64,000 nt of DNA from Patescibacteria group bacterium. Its GTDB lineage: Bacteria > Patescibacteriota > Gracilibacteria > UBA1369. The stretch spans positions 31,741 through 95,740 of the forward strand of contig CAUJCM010000003.1 in assembly GCA_963169655.1 (NCBI GenBank), in the 5' to 3' direction. Of the stretch, positions 47,474-57,818 are shown piece by piece. Position 1 is the first letter of the stretch. Each line of letters starts with the position of its first letter. The position numbers and the translations under genes are program-made. The notes beneath the pieces were generated by a model. The model saw only the letters and a program-made list of their open reading frames with translations. It was not told the DNA's origin and did not search any database.

Positions 47474-47812
47474 ATTATTTTATTAAAACTTTTTTGCCTC
47501 GTTATTATAACCACACTCACCAACCTTTCAAGCAAACATTTTCTTTTCAACTTTTCAACAATCAAATTTCCCCTATTATAAACTTTATATTATTTAAATT
47601 TATATAAATTGTAGTTATAGTAACCCTTTTACTTTTTATTCTTTTTATGTCTTTATATGTTTATATCTTTTGATTATACTTATTTGAAATTTTCTTATAT
47701 ATTTAAAGAAATAAATTTTTTTTATTAAACAATTGTTCAGTTGTGTATAAAATTAAAACTGTGCAAAACTAGTTTAAAATTTATTCAAAATCTAAAAAGT
47801 TAAAAACAATTT

Positions 47813-48514
47813 ATGTCTAATTTTTCATTATTAAGTTCAAAACAGAAAAAAGTTTACACAATGATGTTATTTTTTAGCTTGGCTGGGGTATTTGTAACTG
47901 CATATCTAATTTATATTCACTTTAAACCAGCAGGCGCTAGTAGCTTTTGCAATTTAGATGATTACTGGAATTGTGATAGAGTTAATCAAAGCCCATTTGC
48001 TGAAATATTTGGCATTCCAATGTCATTCCTTGGATTTGGTTTCTATTCTATATTAAGTATTCTATTAATTGGATTAATTAAAAATTATAAATATTGGAGA
48101 GGTGAACTTTTAACTTCAAAATGGTTTTTTAGTTTAACATCTATTATTTCTGTTTTAATGTCAGTAGGTTTAATTTTACTTGAATTTAAATTTTCAAAAG
48201 CTTTATATGGATTTTTCCCAATAGTATCTATAGTTCGCAACTTATTGGTTTCAGTTTTAATTTTATTAATTTATAAAAAATACAAAAATAATGATGATCA
48301 AATTACTAAATTTACTGCATGGTTAGGTATTTTAACTTTATTTGGAGTTAATTTTTCATTATATTTAACAGGCATAGAGCTCTTTGTATTACAGGGAATT
48401 TGTATGTTCTGTATTACTCAACAAGTCTTAATTATCTTAATTTGTATACTTAATTTTCACGAATTAAAGCAATTAAATAATGGCAAACGAACAATCACAA
48501 CAATTAAAGTTTGA
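47813..48514 (+). CDS. vitamin K epoxide reductase (VKOR) family membrane protein
   Basis: Loop cysteines FCNLDDYWNCDRVNQSPFAEIFGIPMSFLGFGFY and the active-site CxxC (CMFC) in the last TM. Five hydrophobic segments. Confidence 0.8.
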   Translation: MSNFSLLSSKQKKVYTMMLFFSLAGVFVTAYLIYIHFKPAGASSFCNLDDYWNCDRVNQSPFAEIFGIPMSFLGFGFYSILSILLIGLIKNYKYWRGELLTSKWFFSLTSIISVLMSVGLILLEFKFSKALYGFFPIVSIVRNLLVSVLILLIYKKYKNNDDQITKFTAWLGILTLFGVNFSLYLTGIELFVLQGICMFCITQQVLIILICILNFHELKQLNNGKRTITTIKV

Positions 48515-49481
48515 TTCTTGGGAAGAAAGAGAAAAACAAATTAGATTAGAAAGAATGGATGAGTTTTCTAAGCTAAATCCTCAAGAACAACAAAAAATTT
48601 TACAAGAAGAAAAACTTAAATTTCAAAAATCCCAAGAACAAACAAGAGAGTCTTTAGGATATAAAAAATTTAATTCAGAAAATATTGATTTTAGTGAAGA
48701 AAAAGAAGAAGAAGAAAAGCTTCAAGAAGAAGAATTGTTAAAAATAAATCAGGAACTTCAACAAGGATATCAACCTTCAGTTAAAAAAGAAAAGCAAAGT
48801 AATCAAAATGAAGAACAATTATATCAAAGATATAAAGAAATGTATTTTGCAGTAGTAGAAAATATATCCAAGAAATTATCTTTTGAATTTAGAAGTATAT
48901 CCTTAAATGATAAAGGTAGAAATTCTATTCATAAAGCCTTTATGACTGATATTATTGATAATTCCGAAGGTGGAAAAAAAGAAAGTGATTATTCAAAAAT
49001 TTGGCAAAAAATTGAAAAAAAAGAAATGTCTCCAAATCAAATTACAATTCTTTTTGAAATTGATATGGGAGAAGATAAAGACAATAATTTAGGTCTTAAA
49101 AATTTATCATTAGAAATTCCTTTAGGAGCTTTGCTAGATGGTAAATTATCAGAAAAACTATCTAAGTTTACAAATATTGTATTTTTTGCAGCTGATCAAT
49201 ATCAAAGAAAAAATAATTTTAATATTCAAGAAAGAAGTCAGAATAATCAACAAAAACCAGTTAAAATTTTAACTGATCAAGAATTACAAAAAATTGGAAT
49301 AACAAGAATTAATGGAGGTTCAGTAAGACCAAATATTGGAGAATTTGCCAAAGGTAACATTAATACTATTGCTTTTTCATTTAATAATGGGTTTATTTGG
49401 GGTACTTTAGATTCTTTCAATTTACCTCAAGATCCACAGCAATTGTCTGAATCAATTGATAAAAAACAAAAAGATAATTAA
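48480..49481 (+). CDS. hypothetical Glu/Lys/Gln-rich protein
   Basis: 333-aa ORF whose start overlaps the VKOR gene by 35 nt. The true start could be the internal Met (MDEFSK). No motif recognised. Confidence 0.5.
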   Translation: MANEQSQQLKFDSWEEREKQIRLERMDEFSKLNPQEQQKILQEEKLKFQKSQEQTRESLGYKKFNSENIDFSEEKEEEEKLQEEELLKINQELQQGYQPSVKKEKQSNQNEEQLYQRYKEMYFAVVENISKKLSFEFRSISLNDKGRNSIHKAFMTDIIDNSEGGKKESDYSKIWQKIEKKEMSPNQITILFEIDMGEDKDNNLGLKNLSLEIPLGALLDGKLSEKLSKFTNIVFFAADQYQRKNNFNIQERSQNNQQKPVKILTDQELQKIGITRINGGSVRPNIGEFAKGNINTIAFSFNNGFIWGTLDSFNLPQDPQQLSESIDKKQKDN

Positions 49482-49487
49482 ATTAAA

Positions 49488-50423
49488 ATGCCACAAAAAA
49501 TTAAAAGATTTAAAGTTAATGGAGAGATTTATCCCAGTATTGGGTTAGCTCTTGGTTCTGGAGCAACTAAAGCAGTTTGTCAATTTGGATTAATTAAAAG
49601 ATTTAGAGAACATAATATTCCAGTTAGTCATATTGCTGGGTCTAGTATGGGGGCGATTGTGGCTGGTGTATATGCGCTTGGATTAGATATTGGTTTTGCC
49701 TTAGAAAAAGCAATGGGATTTGCTCAATCAACAAGTATTAATAATATTTCAAATTTTAATATTTCAAAAGAAAGTATTTATAAAAAAGATTATACAGAAG
49801 GGTTATTAAAAGAAATTTTTGCTGATTTTACTTTTGAAGAATGTAAAACACCACTCACAGTAACCTCTGTGGATCTTGAATCAGGAAAAGTTGTTTTATT
49901 AGATAAAGGTCTTTTGGTACCTTCAATAAGAGCATCAACCTCAATACCTGGAGTCTTTGAACCATCATTTTTAAATAACCATTATTTAGTAGACGGAGGT
50001 TTGCTTGAGGATTGTCCTGTTCAAACATTAAGAGAAGTTGGAGATTTTGATATAGTAATAGGTTCTCATATTCAGGATTTAAGCGTTAAACAGAAGATTT
50101 CTGGACATATTTTCAACAAGTTTTACAGAAAAAGAAATTGGTTTCAAAAATTTTATGGTAAGGTTGCTGATTTTAAACAAGATATGCAAATTTTCAGCAA
50201 TATAATGTTTAGAACATTAGACATTGTTAGAGATGATGTTTGGAAGTATAGGTTAAAAGAAGCTAATCCTGAGTTATTAATTAATATAGATATTCAAAAT
50301 GTTTCAATGTTTGATGTAGAAAAAACAAAAGAATTAGTTGAAATTGGAGAAAAGGCATTTGATAAACATTTTTATAAATTGATGGAAATTATCGAATTAA
50401 AAAAGAAAGAGTTGAACAAATAA
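49488..50423 (+). CDS. patatin-like phospholipase
   Basis: Oxyanion GLALGSGATKA, nucleophile GSSMG (GxSxG), catalytic VDGGL (DGG). Confidence 0.85.
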   Translation: MPQKIKRFKVNGEIYPSIGLALGSGATKAVCQFGLIKRFREHNIPVSHIAGSSMGAIVAGVYALGLDIGFALEKAMGFAQSTSINNISNFNISKESIYKKDYTEGLLKEIFADFTFEECKTPLTVTSVDLESGKVVLLDKGLLVPSIRASTSIPGVFEPSFLNNHYLVDGGLLEDCPVQTLREVGDFDIVIGSHIQDLSVKQKISGHIFNKFYRKRNWFQKFYGKVADFKQDMQIFSNIMFRTLDIVRDDVWKYRLKEANPELLINIDIQNVSMFDVEKTKELVEIGEKAFDKHFYKLMEIIELKKKELNK

Positions 50424-50480
50424 AATGAAAATGATAATTTAAGAGTAGTAAAATAGAGATAAATAATTAATAAAATAAAA

Positions 50481-51131
50481 ATGTCGTCCAAATCTAGTTT
50501 AGTATTAGTTTCAATAATTTCATTACTCTTCATTAACGCTTGTCAAATAAAAGACCGCGGAAATGTTTATGGTTATGATTTTAATACAGCTAATATTAAA
50601 TATGAGATAACTGGATCTAGTTATGGAACAAGTGACGTCTGGATTAAAGGTGAAAACAAAAAAATCCATAATCAGATAACCAATGAAAGTTTGGATGGTA
50701 GCAAACAAATTATTAATACTATCTTAATACAAAAAAAGGATAAGCTTTATACATTAGATGTTGATAAAAAATCTGGATATTTGACTACTCAACCTATGTA
50801 TCAAGAACTTAAAAATATGTCACCTGAAGAAAGGAAAAATGCTTTAACTGCAGACGTAATCAGAGATATGAGATCTGATGAAGAAAAAGCAGAAGGCCCA
50901 TTGAAGCCAGAAAAATCTGAAGTTATAGCAGGACAGACATGTGACCTTTATACTTCCTCTGCTATGCTAAAAACATGTGTATGGCAAGGGATTCCGCTGA
51001 AGGCTGTCGCTTCACTACCAGAATATGGAATTCATACAGAAACATTAGCTAAATCAATTGAATTAAACATAGACATTCCAGATAGTGAATTTGATATCCC
51101 TCAGGATTATCAAATAAATGAAATAAATTAA
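50481..51131 (+). CDS. hypothetical lipoprotein
   Basis: Lipobox LFINAC. 216 aa, no motif recognised. Confidence 0.55.
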   Translation: MSSKSSLVLVSIISLLFINACQIKDRGNVYGYDFNTANIKYEITGSSYGTSDVWIKGENKKIHNQITNESLDGSKQIINTILIQKKDKLYTLDVDKKSGYLTTQPMYQELKNMSPEERKNALTADVIRDMRSDEEKAEGPLKPEKSEVIAGQTCDLYTSSAMLKTCVWQGIPLKAVASLPEYGIHTETLAKSIELNIDIPDSEFDIPQDYQINEIN

Positions 51132-52690
51132 TGTTTTTTTACACAATTTTAATATTCCTTCTAGTATTTATTACTACTAGCCTGACTAGTTATTTTTTAA
51201 TTGGTATAAAGAGTAGATTTGAATTTAAAAAAGCAAAAATTGAGGTTGATAAAATAATTGAGAAAGCTAAAACAGAAGGTAATGAATATAAAACTAGAGT
51301 AAAAGAGCAGGTTGAGAAATTTAATAACCTGTTTATTAAATATGAAAAACATTTTACAAATCAGCAAGACAAGACAGAAAAAAGTATTAAATTACTTGAA
51401 GAAAAACTAGTTAAAAAAGAAGAAGAAAATAAAAAAATTGAAACAGAAGTTAATAATTTAAATAAAGAATTAGAAGTCTTTTATACAAATATTGAAAAAG
51501 AAAAAGAGAAAAAAATCCCACTTCTTTCAAAAGTAAGTAGTTTCCAAATTGATAAAGCGAAAGATCAAATTATTCAAAATCTCCAAGACGATTTAAATCT
51601 CGCAAAAGAATTAAGAATAACAAAATATATTAATTCCATTACAGAAGATTCCCCCACTATAGCCAAAAATATGTTAATTGAAGCAATTCACAGGTTTAGT
51701 GCCCCAACTTCTGTTGAAAAAAAGAGCTTAATTATTCCAATAAATAGGAATGAAACAAAAGCTAAATTAATGGGTAATAATCTTGAAGTCCTAACATTTT
51801 TAGAAGATCATCTTGGTGTAGATATTGTTTTTGACGATTCAAAACCTGGAATTACAGTTTCACACTATGAATTAGTTAAAAAACATATAGCAAGAGAAAC
51901 AATTTTAAAATTAATTAAAGATAAAAATATTAGTATTGAATTAGCTCAAAAAAGATTAGATGAAGCAACAAAAGAAACTAAAGCAATGCTTATTGATATT
52001 GGTAAAAAAATAGTAAATAAACTCGAATTACAATACAGAAATTTTCCTGATGATTTTAAAGAAATATTAGGAAGATTAAAATACAGAACAAGTTATGGAC
52101 AAAATATTTTAAAACACTGTTTTGAAGTTGGATTTTTTACATTACTTCTTGGAAATGAATTGGGTTTAAATGAAGAAATTTGTAAAATTGGAGGATTTTT
52201 TCATGATTTAGGAAAAGCAATAGATCAAGAAGATGGTCGTCCTCATGATATTTTAACAAAAGAAATAATGGAAAGGTTTAATATCTTTTCTTGGGAAGAG
52301 ATACATGCTGCGTGGACTCATCATGATGCTATTCCAATTGAAACAGCAGAAGCTTTACTTGTAAAAGCAGGAGATGCTATTTCAGCAGGTCGTCCAGGAG
52401 CCAGACAAGAAACAATTGAAAAATATTTAGCAAGAATTATGGCAATAGAGGGAATCGCTAATTCTTATGAAGGAGTTAATAAAACGTATGCTATATCAGG
52501 AGGAAGAGAGCTTAGGGTTTTAGTTGACCCAAAAAGACTTGATGATCAAAATTTACCAGAACTTGCTGAAGAAATTGCTAAGGAAATCGAAGATAATGTT
52601 GCTTATCCTGGGCAAATCCGTGTAAATGTGATTAGAAGAATACAACATAATCACACTATTAAAGAAAAAAATAAGAAAAAAGTTGCATGA
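51131..52690 (+). CDS. rny: ribonuclease Y
   Basis: N-terminal TM, coiled coil, KH region, HD domain (GRLKYRTSYGQNILKH, FHDLGKA, HHDA). 519 aa. Confidence 0.9.
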   Translation: MFFYTILIFLLVFITTSLTSYFLIGIKSRFEFKKAKIEVDKIIEKAKTEGNEYKTRVKEQVEKFNNLFIKYEKHFTNQQDKTEKSIKLLEEKLVKKEEENKKIETEVNNLNKELEVFYTNIEKEKEKKIPLLSKVSSFQIDKAKDQIIQNLQDDLNLAKELRITKYINSITEDSPTIAKNMLIEAIHRFSAPTSVEKKSLIIPINRNETKAKLMGNNLEVLTFLEDHLGVDIVFDDSKPGITVSHYELVKKHIARETILKLIKDKNISIELAQKRLDEATKETKAMLIDIGKKIVNKLELQYRNFPDDFKEILGRLKYRTSYGQNILKHCFEVGFFTLLLGNELGLNEEICKIGGFFHDLGKAIDQEDGRPHDILTKEIMERFNIFSWEEIHAAWTHHDAIPIETAEALLVKAGDAISAGRPGARQETIEKYLARIMAIEGIANSYEGVNKTYAISGGRELRVLVDPKRLDDQNLPELAEEIAKEIEDNVAYPGQIRVNVIRRIQHNHTIKEKNKKKVA

Positions 52691-53616
52691 TTTATGACTT
52701 AGCAATTGTTGGAGCAGGACCAGCTGGAATGTCAGCAGCAATTTATGGTTCACGCGGACAATTAAATACTATTCTTTTCGGAGATGAAACTAAAGGAAAT
52801 TTATATAAATCTCATTTAATTGCTAATTATTTAGCATTTCCAAATGCAATTACTGGCCCTGAACTTACAAAATTAAGTATTAAACACGCGACAAGTTTTG
52901 GTGCTACTCATCAAAAAAATGAAATTATTGATATCACGATTAATCAAGATGGCACTTTTCAGTTAAAAGATAATTTACAAAATACTCATCAATCTAAAAC
53001 AGTCATCATAGCTACTGGCCAAAGTTATGTATTATCAGGTATTCGAGGAGAAAAGGAATTTACTGGTAAAGGAGTTTCATACTGTGTTACCTGCGATGGG
53101 TATTTTTATAAAAATAAAAAAGTAATAGTTATTGGAAACGGAGATTTTGCTGCTGACGAAGCTTTACAGCTTTTAAGTTATACAAATGACATTACAGTTT
53201 TAAGTCACGGCAAGGATTTTCAAATTAATGATACATTTTTAGATGACTTACAAAAAAATAATATTAAAATGATTAGAACTTCTAGACTTGGACTTATTAA
53301 TGGAGAAGAAAAAATTACAGGAGTGACATCAATAGAACCATTAGCTAATGGAAATAGTTTTTTTGAAGCAGAAGGTATTTTTATGGCTATTGGTCAAGCA
53401 GGAGCAAATGCTTTTTCAAAAAAATTAGGACTTGAAATGGATGGTAATTTTATTAAGACAGATAAAAATGGAAAAACTAATATAAAAGGGCTTTTTGCAG
53501 CCGGAGATTGTACTGGTTCCCCCCCTCAAGTGGCTTCAAGTGTTGGAAGTGGTTGCAATGCCGCCTTAAGTGCAATAAAATTAATCCGAAATTTATCAAA
53601 TTATATTCAATATTAA
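52687..53616 (+). CDS. trxB: thioredoxin-disulfide reductase-like flavoprotein
   Basis: FAD motif YDLAIVGAGPAGMSAAIY, redox CVTC (canonical CATC), FAAGDC. The second dinucleotide motif is atypical (VIGNGDFAADEA). Confidence 0.75.
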   Translation: MIYDLAIVGAGPAGMSAAIYGSRGQLNTILFGDETKGNLYKSHLIANYLAFPNAITGPELTKLSIKHATSFGATHQKNEIIDITINQDGTFQLKDNLQNTHQSKTVIIATGQSYVLSGIRGEKEFTGKGVSYCVTCDGYFYKNKKVIVIGNGDFAADEALQLLSYTNDITVLSHGKDFQINDTFLDDLQKNNIKMIRTSRLGLINGEEKITGVTSIEPLANGNSFFEAEGIFMAIGQAGANAFSKKLGLEMDGNFIKTDKNGKTNIKGLFAAGDCTGSPPQVASSVGSGCNAALSAIKLIRNLSNYIQY

Positions 53617-53618
53617 TT

Positions 53619-53906
53619 ATGTTTGGCTTTAATAAAAAGAAAAAAGAAACAAATAAAAAACAAAGTCGTTTAGATAAAGTTTTAATGGGGGTTATTGTAG
53701 GTGGAGCTATTGGATCAGTACTCGGTATTGGGTTTGCTCCTAAAAAAGGCTCAGATACAAGAAAAGATATTGGAAAACAAGCCAATAAGATTCTAAAAAG
53801 TGCTAAGGACATAGTTAGTGATAAAATTTCGCAAAATAATCTTATTAAAAAAAATATAAAAAAGACTGCAACCTTTGGTAACAAAGCTTTACCTGATGAA
53901 AAATAA
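53619..53906 (+). CDS. YtxH-like membrane-associated protein
   Basis: I prefer the internal ATG at 53619, 3 nt after the trxB stop. GVIVGGAIGSVLGIGFAPKKGSDTRKDIGKQA matches the YtxH motif. The longer listed ORF (from 53508) overlaps trxB. Confidence 0.65.
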   Translation: MFGFNKKKKETNKKQSRLDKVLMGVIVGGAIGSVLGIGFAPKKGSDTRKDIGKQANKILKSAKDIVSDKISQNNLIKKNIKKTATFGNKALPDEK

Positions 53907-53928
53907 TTTTAGATAATAATTTTTTAGA

Positions 53929-55980
53929 ATGGCTAAAAAGAAAAAAAAACAGCAAATTAAAAATAATTTACCAAAAAAGACTAAAAAGAAATTTTTAAAT
54001 AAAACTGTTCAACAAGAAAAGAATAACAATCAAATTGAAAAAGAAAATAGAGAAGTTGAAGTTGTTCAAAATCAAACCACAAGTATATCTACCGAAAACT
54101 CTTTTTCTAAGCGCTTGGAAGATATAATCAAAAGAAATTTTAAAAGTAAACAATCTTCTGAAACAGATAAGGTCTATAATAATATTATATTGCTTGGCCC
54201 TCCAGAAAGTGATGCTTTATTAGATTGGTTAAAAATAAGATCAAAAGCAACAAAAACCTTTAAACATTTTATAATTGCTTTATTAATTGTTGGTTTAATG
54301 TCATCAGCAGTTGTCACAGTAGAATTACTTTCAGAAAATAGGATTTTACCAGGTGTAGCATTTGCACAAGAAGAAGTTGGTTATCAGCCTTATGAAGTAA
54401 TTAAAGAAGATATTACTAAAAAAATTAATAATTTTTTTACATCTTCTATTACTTTTAATTATCAAGACCAAGAAATTTCAATTCCAGTACAAGACTTATC
54501 AGTAGTTTATCAAATTGATGAATCTATTAATCAATTACCATTGTTTCATTTTAAACAAAACAATTTAATAGGTTTGATTGGAGAAACTTTTAAGGCTAAA
54601 AAAATTTTTCCAATATATAAAAAAGAAGATAATAAAATATTTGATTTAGTTGAAGAAAAATTAAATTTAAAAGATAGCAGGGCTTTATCTGCAAAATTAA
54701 TTTTAAATGATAATAAAAAATTAGAAATAATAGATGAAAAACAAGGAATAATTATAGATAAGGAGGCCTTTTTGAAAGATATTGAAAATAGATTTTTATA
54801 TTTAAGTAATAAGCCAATTATTATTAAAACTATTGAAGAGCAACCATTAATTACAAGATTTGACCTTGAAGGTGAATTAAGCGATTTACAAATAAAACTT
54901 GAAAATAAAATTAATATTCAAACTAATACAGACTCCAAAAAATCTTGGACATTCAAAGCAATTGACCATTTAAATGATATTATTTATCAAAAAGATAATG
55001 GACAAATTACTATAAAAATTTCTCAAGATTTAATAAAAAATTATTTGTCTGAAGAAATTTTTTCAAAAATTGAAAAAGAAGCTCCTAGCGTAAAAATTAC
55101 CTATAATGATCAAAAAGTAGATTTTGATGGGCATATTTTTTATGGAGTTGTAGTAGATAAAAATAAAGTAATAAATGATTTAGAACTAGCTATCAATTCA
55201 ATAGGTCAGGAAATTGAAATTATTACTGAAGAATCACAACCAAAGCTAGATATTGATCCAAAATTACAAGCAGTGGGAATTAAGGAGATAATTGGAATTG
55301 GTCATACAGCCTTTGCAGGTTCCACATCTAATAGGAGATGGAATATTGATGTGGCAATGAAGAAATACAATGGATTAATCATTAAATCAGGAGACGTATT
55401 TTCTTTTAATGATAATCTTGGCCCAGTAGATGGTTCAACAGGTTATAAATTAGAATTAGTTATTACAGGCGCTGGAACTGTCCCTGAATATGGTGGTGGT
55501 GTTTGCCAAGTTTCTTCAACAGTATTTAAAGCTGCATTATTTAGTGGCTTACCAATAGTTGAAAGATCTCCACACTCTTATGCCGTTAGTTATTATGCAC
55601 AAATAGATGGGTATGGACTTGATGCAACTATTTATCCGGGTGTAAAAGACTTTAAATTTGAAAATAATACACCAGCTAATATGTTAGTCCAAACTTTTAT
55701 AGATAATGATGATGCTTATGTGGTATTTCTTGGTACAAGTGATGGAAGAAAAGTCACTTTAACTGATTATTGGAGGGGAAATTATCGTGGAGCAGGAGGA
55801 ACAGAATTAATTCCCACAAAAACTTTACCAACTGGTCAAAGAAAACAGATTGAAACAGCCCATGGAGGTTTTGACGCTAGTTGGAAAAGAACAATTACCA
55901 CAGCAAATGGCGAATCAAAAGAAGAAACTGTTTATAGTGTTTATCGTTCTACTGCCAATAGAATTTTAGTAGGAGAGTAA
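53929..55980 (+). CDS. VanW family protein with an N-terminal TM
   Basis: GGGVCQVSSTVFKAALFSGLPIVERSPHSY and YGLDATIY are VanW hallmarks. Lys-rich N-terminus, then a TM. Confidence 0.8.
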   Translation: MAKKKKKQQIKNNLPKKTKKKFLNKTVQQEKNNNQIEKENREVEVVQNQTTSISTENSFSKRLEDIIKRNFKSKQSSETDKVYNNIILLGPPESDALLDWLKIRSKATKTFKHFIIALLIVGLMSSAVVTVELLSENRILPGVAFAQEEVGYQPYEVIKEDITKKINNFFTSSITFNYQDQEISIPVQDLSVVYQIDESINQLPLFHFKQNNLIGLIGETFKAKKIFPIYKKEDNKIFDLVEEKLNLKDSRALSAKLILNDNKKLEIIDEKQGIIIDKEAFLKDIENRFLYLSNKPIIIKTIEEQPLITRFDLEGELSDLQIKLENKINIQTNTDSKKSWTFKAIDHLNDIIYQKDNGQITIKISQDLIKNYLSEEIFSKIEKEAPSVKITYNDQKVDFDGHIFYGVVVDKNKVINDLELAINSIGQEIEIITEESQPKLDIDPKLQAVGIKEIIGIGHTAFAGSTSNRRWNIDVAMKKYNGLIIKSGDVFSFNDNLGPVDGSTGYKLELVITGAGTVPEYGGGVCQVSSTVFKAALFSGLPIVERSPHSYAVSYYAQIDGYGLDATIYPGVKDFKFENNTPANMLVQTFIDNDDAYVVFLGTSDGRKVTLTDYWRGNYRGAGGTELIPTKTLPTGQRKQIETAHGGFDASWKRTITTANGESKEETVYSVYRSTANRILVGE

Positions 55981-55981
55981 A

Positions 55982-56773
55982 TCAAATTTGTTTTGTTATA
56001 TCCTCTGTCCCCTCTCTCATTTGCTTTAACATTTCCTGAGCATCTCGGTTTTCAGGCCAATGTTTTAAAATATTATTTAAGATATCTTCCGCTTCTTTAT
56101 TTAGATTTTTTTCTAATTGCCAATTTGCTAAAGTCAATCCGTAGTCAAGATTATCGGGATCTAATTCAAGTGATTTTTCAATATTTCTAAAAGCTTCATC
56201 ATAATCATCTAACAAATGATTAATACGAGCCAAACTATAAAAACGCCCTGCACGACTATTGTCTAGTTCAATTGATTTTTCATAAAAATCTTTTGCTTCT
56301 TGATATTTTTCTTGATGAAATAAAGAAAGTCCTAGGTTACTAAAATAAATAGGATCATTACTAACTGCTACTACTAATTTACGATAAATTAATTCAGCCT
56401 TTCCAAATTGGCTTTGATTTAAATAAATTGCTCCTAATTTTGAATAAGTTTCTACATTAGAAGGATCCATTGCCATTGATTGAATATACAACTTTTCTGC
56501 CTCATCAAAATTGCCTCTTTTTAGTTCTAATTCAGCTTTTTTAAATAAATTTTCTCCTTTCAATTTTAATTTTGGGTCTATACTAGAACTATCTGGAATC
56601 ATTTCTTTAGGTGTAATTTCATGATCCTCTTTCGATAGTTTTTTGGGAGTATTAAACCCTTTTTTAAACACCATTTTCCCAAATAATTGTGTTTTTTCTA
56701 ATAAAAACCAGCGATGAATAAAAATAATTACTAGAACAAATAATGATAATATTACTAAAATCCAATCAATCAT
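55982..56773 (-). CDS. membrane-anchored tetratricopeptide repeat protein
   Basis: N-terminal TM, then at least 5 TPR-like 34-aa units (AEKLYIQSMAMDPSN, AKDFYEKSIELDNS, FRNIEKSLELDPDN). Confidence 0.75.
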   Translation of the reverse strand: MIDWILVILSLFVLVIIFIHRWFLLEKTQLFGKMVFKKGFNTPKKLSKEDHEITPKEMIPDSSSIDPKLKLKGENLFKKAELELKRGNFDEAEKLYIQSMAMDPSNVETYSKLGAIYLNQSQFGKAELIYRKLVVAVSNDPIYFSNLGLSLFHQEKYQEAKDFYEKSIELDNSRAGRFYSLARINHLLDDYDEAFRNIEKSLELDPDNLDYGLTLANWQLEKNLNKEAEDILNNILKHWPENRDAQEMLKQMREGTEDITKQI

Positions 56774-57705
56774 AAACTTAAAATAAATTCTTCAAGTAAA
56801 AGTCTACTATTTACATTTGTTTCAGCAAGCTTTTTTACTTCCAACAACTTTTCAATATTTTTATTAGCTTTAATTATTTCATTCTCATTAGTACTAACAA
56901 TTGCTTTGTTTAAATTCTCTCTTAACACCATAAAAGCAATTTCCAAAAATATTTGGGTGAGTATAGGATCATTATAAATTTGCCCAATAAAATTAAAAGC
57001 GGCAGAAACATCTTTTCTTTTTAGAAAATTTTGTATTTGTAAATAAGTATTTTCATATATTTCAAAATGCTCACTATTATCTAGTAGTTTAATGGCTTTA
57101 GCAATTCTGCCTTGGGATAATTCAGTTACTCTATAAATTTTTTTTTCTTCAACTAAACGATATCGATTTTTAAGAATTTGAAACAAGTCTTTATTTGAGA
57201 TTAATTGAAAATCTACTCTCCTTACCCTTGACAAAATAGTTTCTAAAATCAGCTTTGGATTAGAAGAAGTTAAAATAAATATAACTTTTTCTGGAGGTTC
57301 TTCCAGTATTTTTAATAAGGCATTAGCAGACTCAGGAGTAAGTCTTTCAATGTCTTCAATAACTAGTATTCTCTTTTGACTATTCCCAGTCATATGTAAA
57401 TTATGGGTAATATTTCTTATTTGTTCTATTTTAATAGAGCTGTCAGAAAAATCATTAGCAATAAAAATAGTATCTGAATGAGTCCCCTTTTCTATTTGAT
57501 TAACAATACTGTAAGCTTTATCAGCGTTTAAATTATGAGTTTGTATTGCTTTTGAAAAAGATCTAGCAATTGTTGATTTTCCAAGGTCAGATGGGCCAGC
57601 CAATAAGTATGCATGAGCTAAATTATTATTAACTAAATCTTGATTTAGCCAGTCTAATTGTTTTTGGTGTCCAGCTATATTTTTAAAATATTGAGACATA
57701 AACAA
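56770..57705 (-). CDS. holB: DNA polymerase III delta' subunit
   Basis: AHAYLLAGPSDLGKSTIARSF, ANALLKILEEPPEKVIFILTS, TILSRVRRVDF. Confidence 0.85.
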   Translation of the reverse strand: MFMSQYFKNIAGHQKQLDWLNQDLVNNNLAHAYLLAGPSDLGKSTIARSFSKAIQTHNLNADKAYSIVNQIEKGTHSDTIFIANDFSDSSIKIEQIRNITHNLHMTGNSQKRILVIEDIERLTPESANALLKILEEPPEKVIFILTSSNPKLILETILSRVRRVDFQLISNKDLFQILKNRYRLVEEKKIYRVTELSQGRIAKAIKLLDNSEHFEIYENTYLQIQNFLKRKDVSAAFNFIGQIYNDPILTQIFLEIAFMVLRENLNKAIVSTNENEIIKANKNIEKLLEVKKLAETNVNSRLLLEEFILSL

Positions 57706-57818
57706 TAATATTTATTATATCCGGATAATATACTTATAGTAGCATTTTGTCATTAAAAATAACTTTATTAAAAAGCTATTTAGAAGTAATATCGTCATAC
57801 TTTTAACTTATTAAAAAA

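Noticed and set aside
53477-53884. 135-aa minus-strand ORF, and the N-terminal 37 codons of the 53508-53906 ORF.
   Set aside because: Both overlap the well-supported trxB 3' end. The YtxH motif begins after the ATG at 53619, immediately after the trxB stop.
53942-53950. The A9 homopolymer in the 5' end of the VanW gene, and other A7-A9 runs, as phase-variation tracts.
   Set aside because: They encode Lys runs (KKKKK) that are common in this proteome. At this AT content homopolymers are frequent, and nothing singles them out in the way the heptamer repeat at 20598 is singled out.
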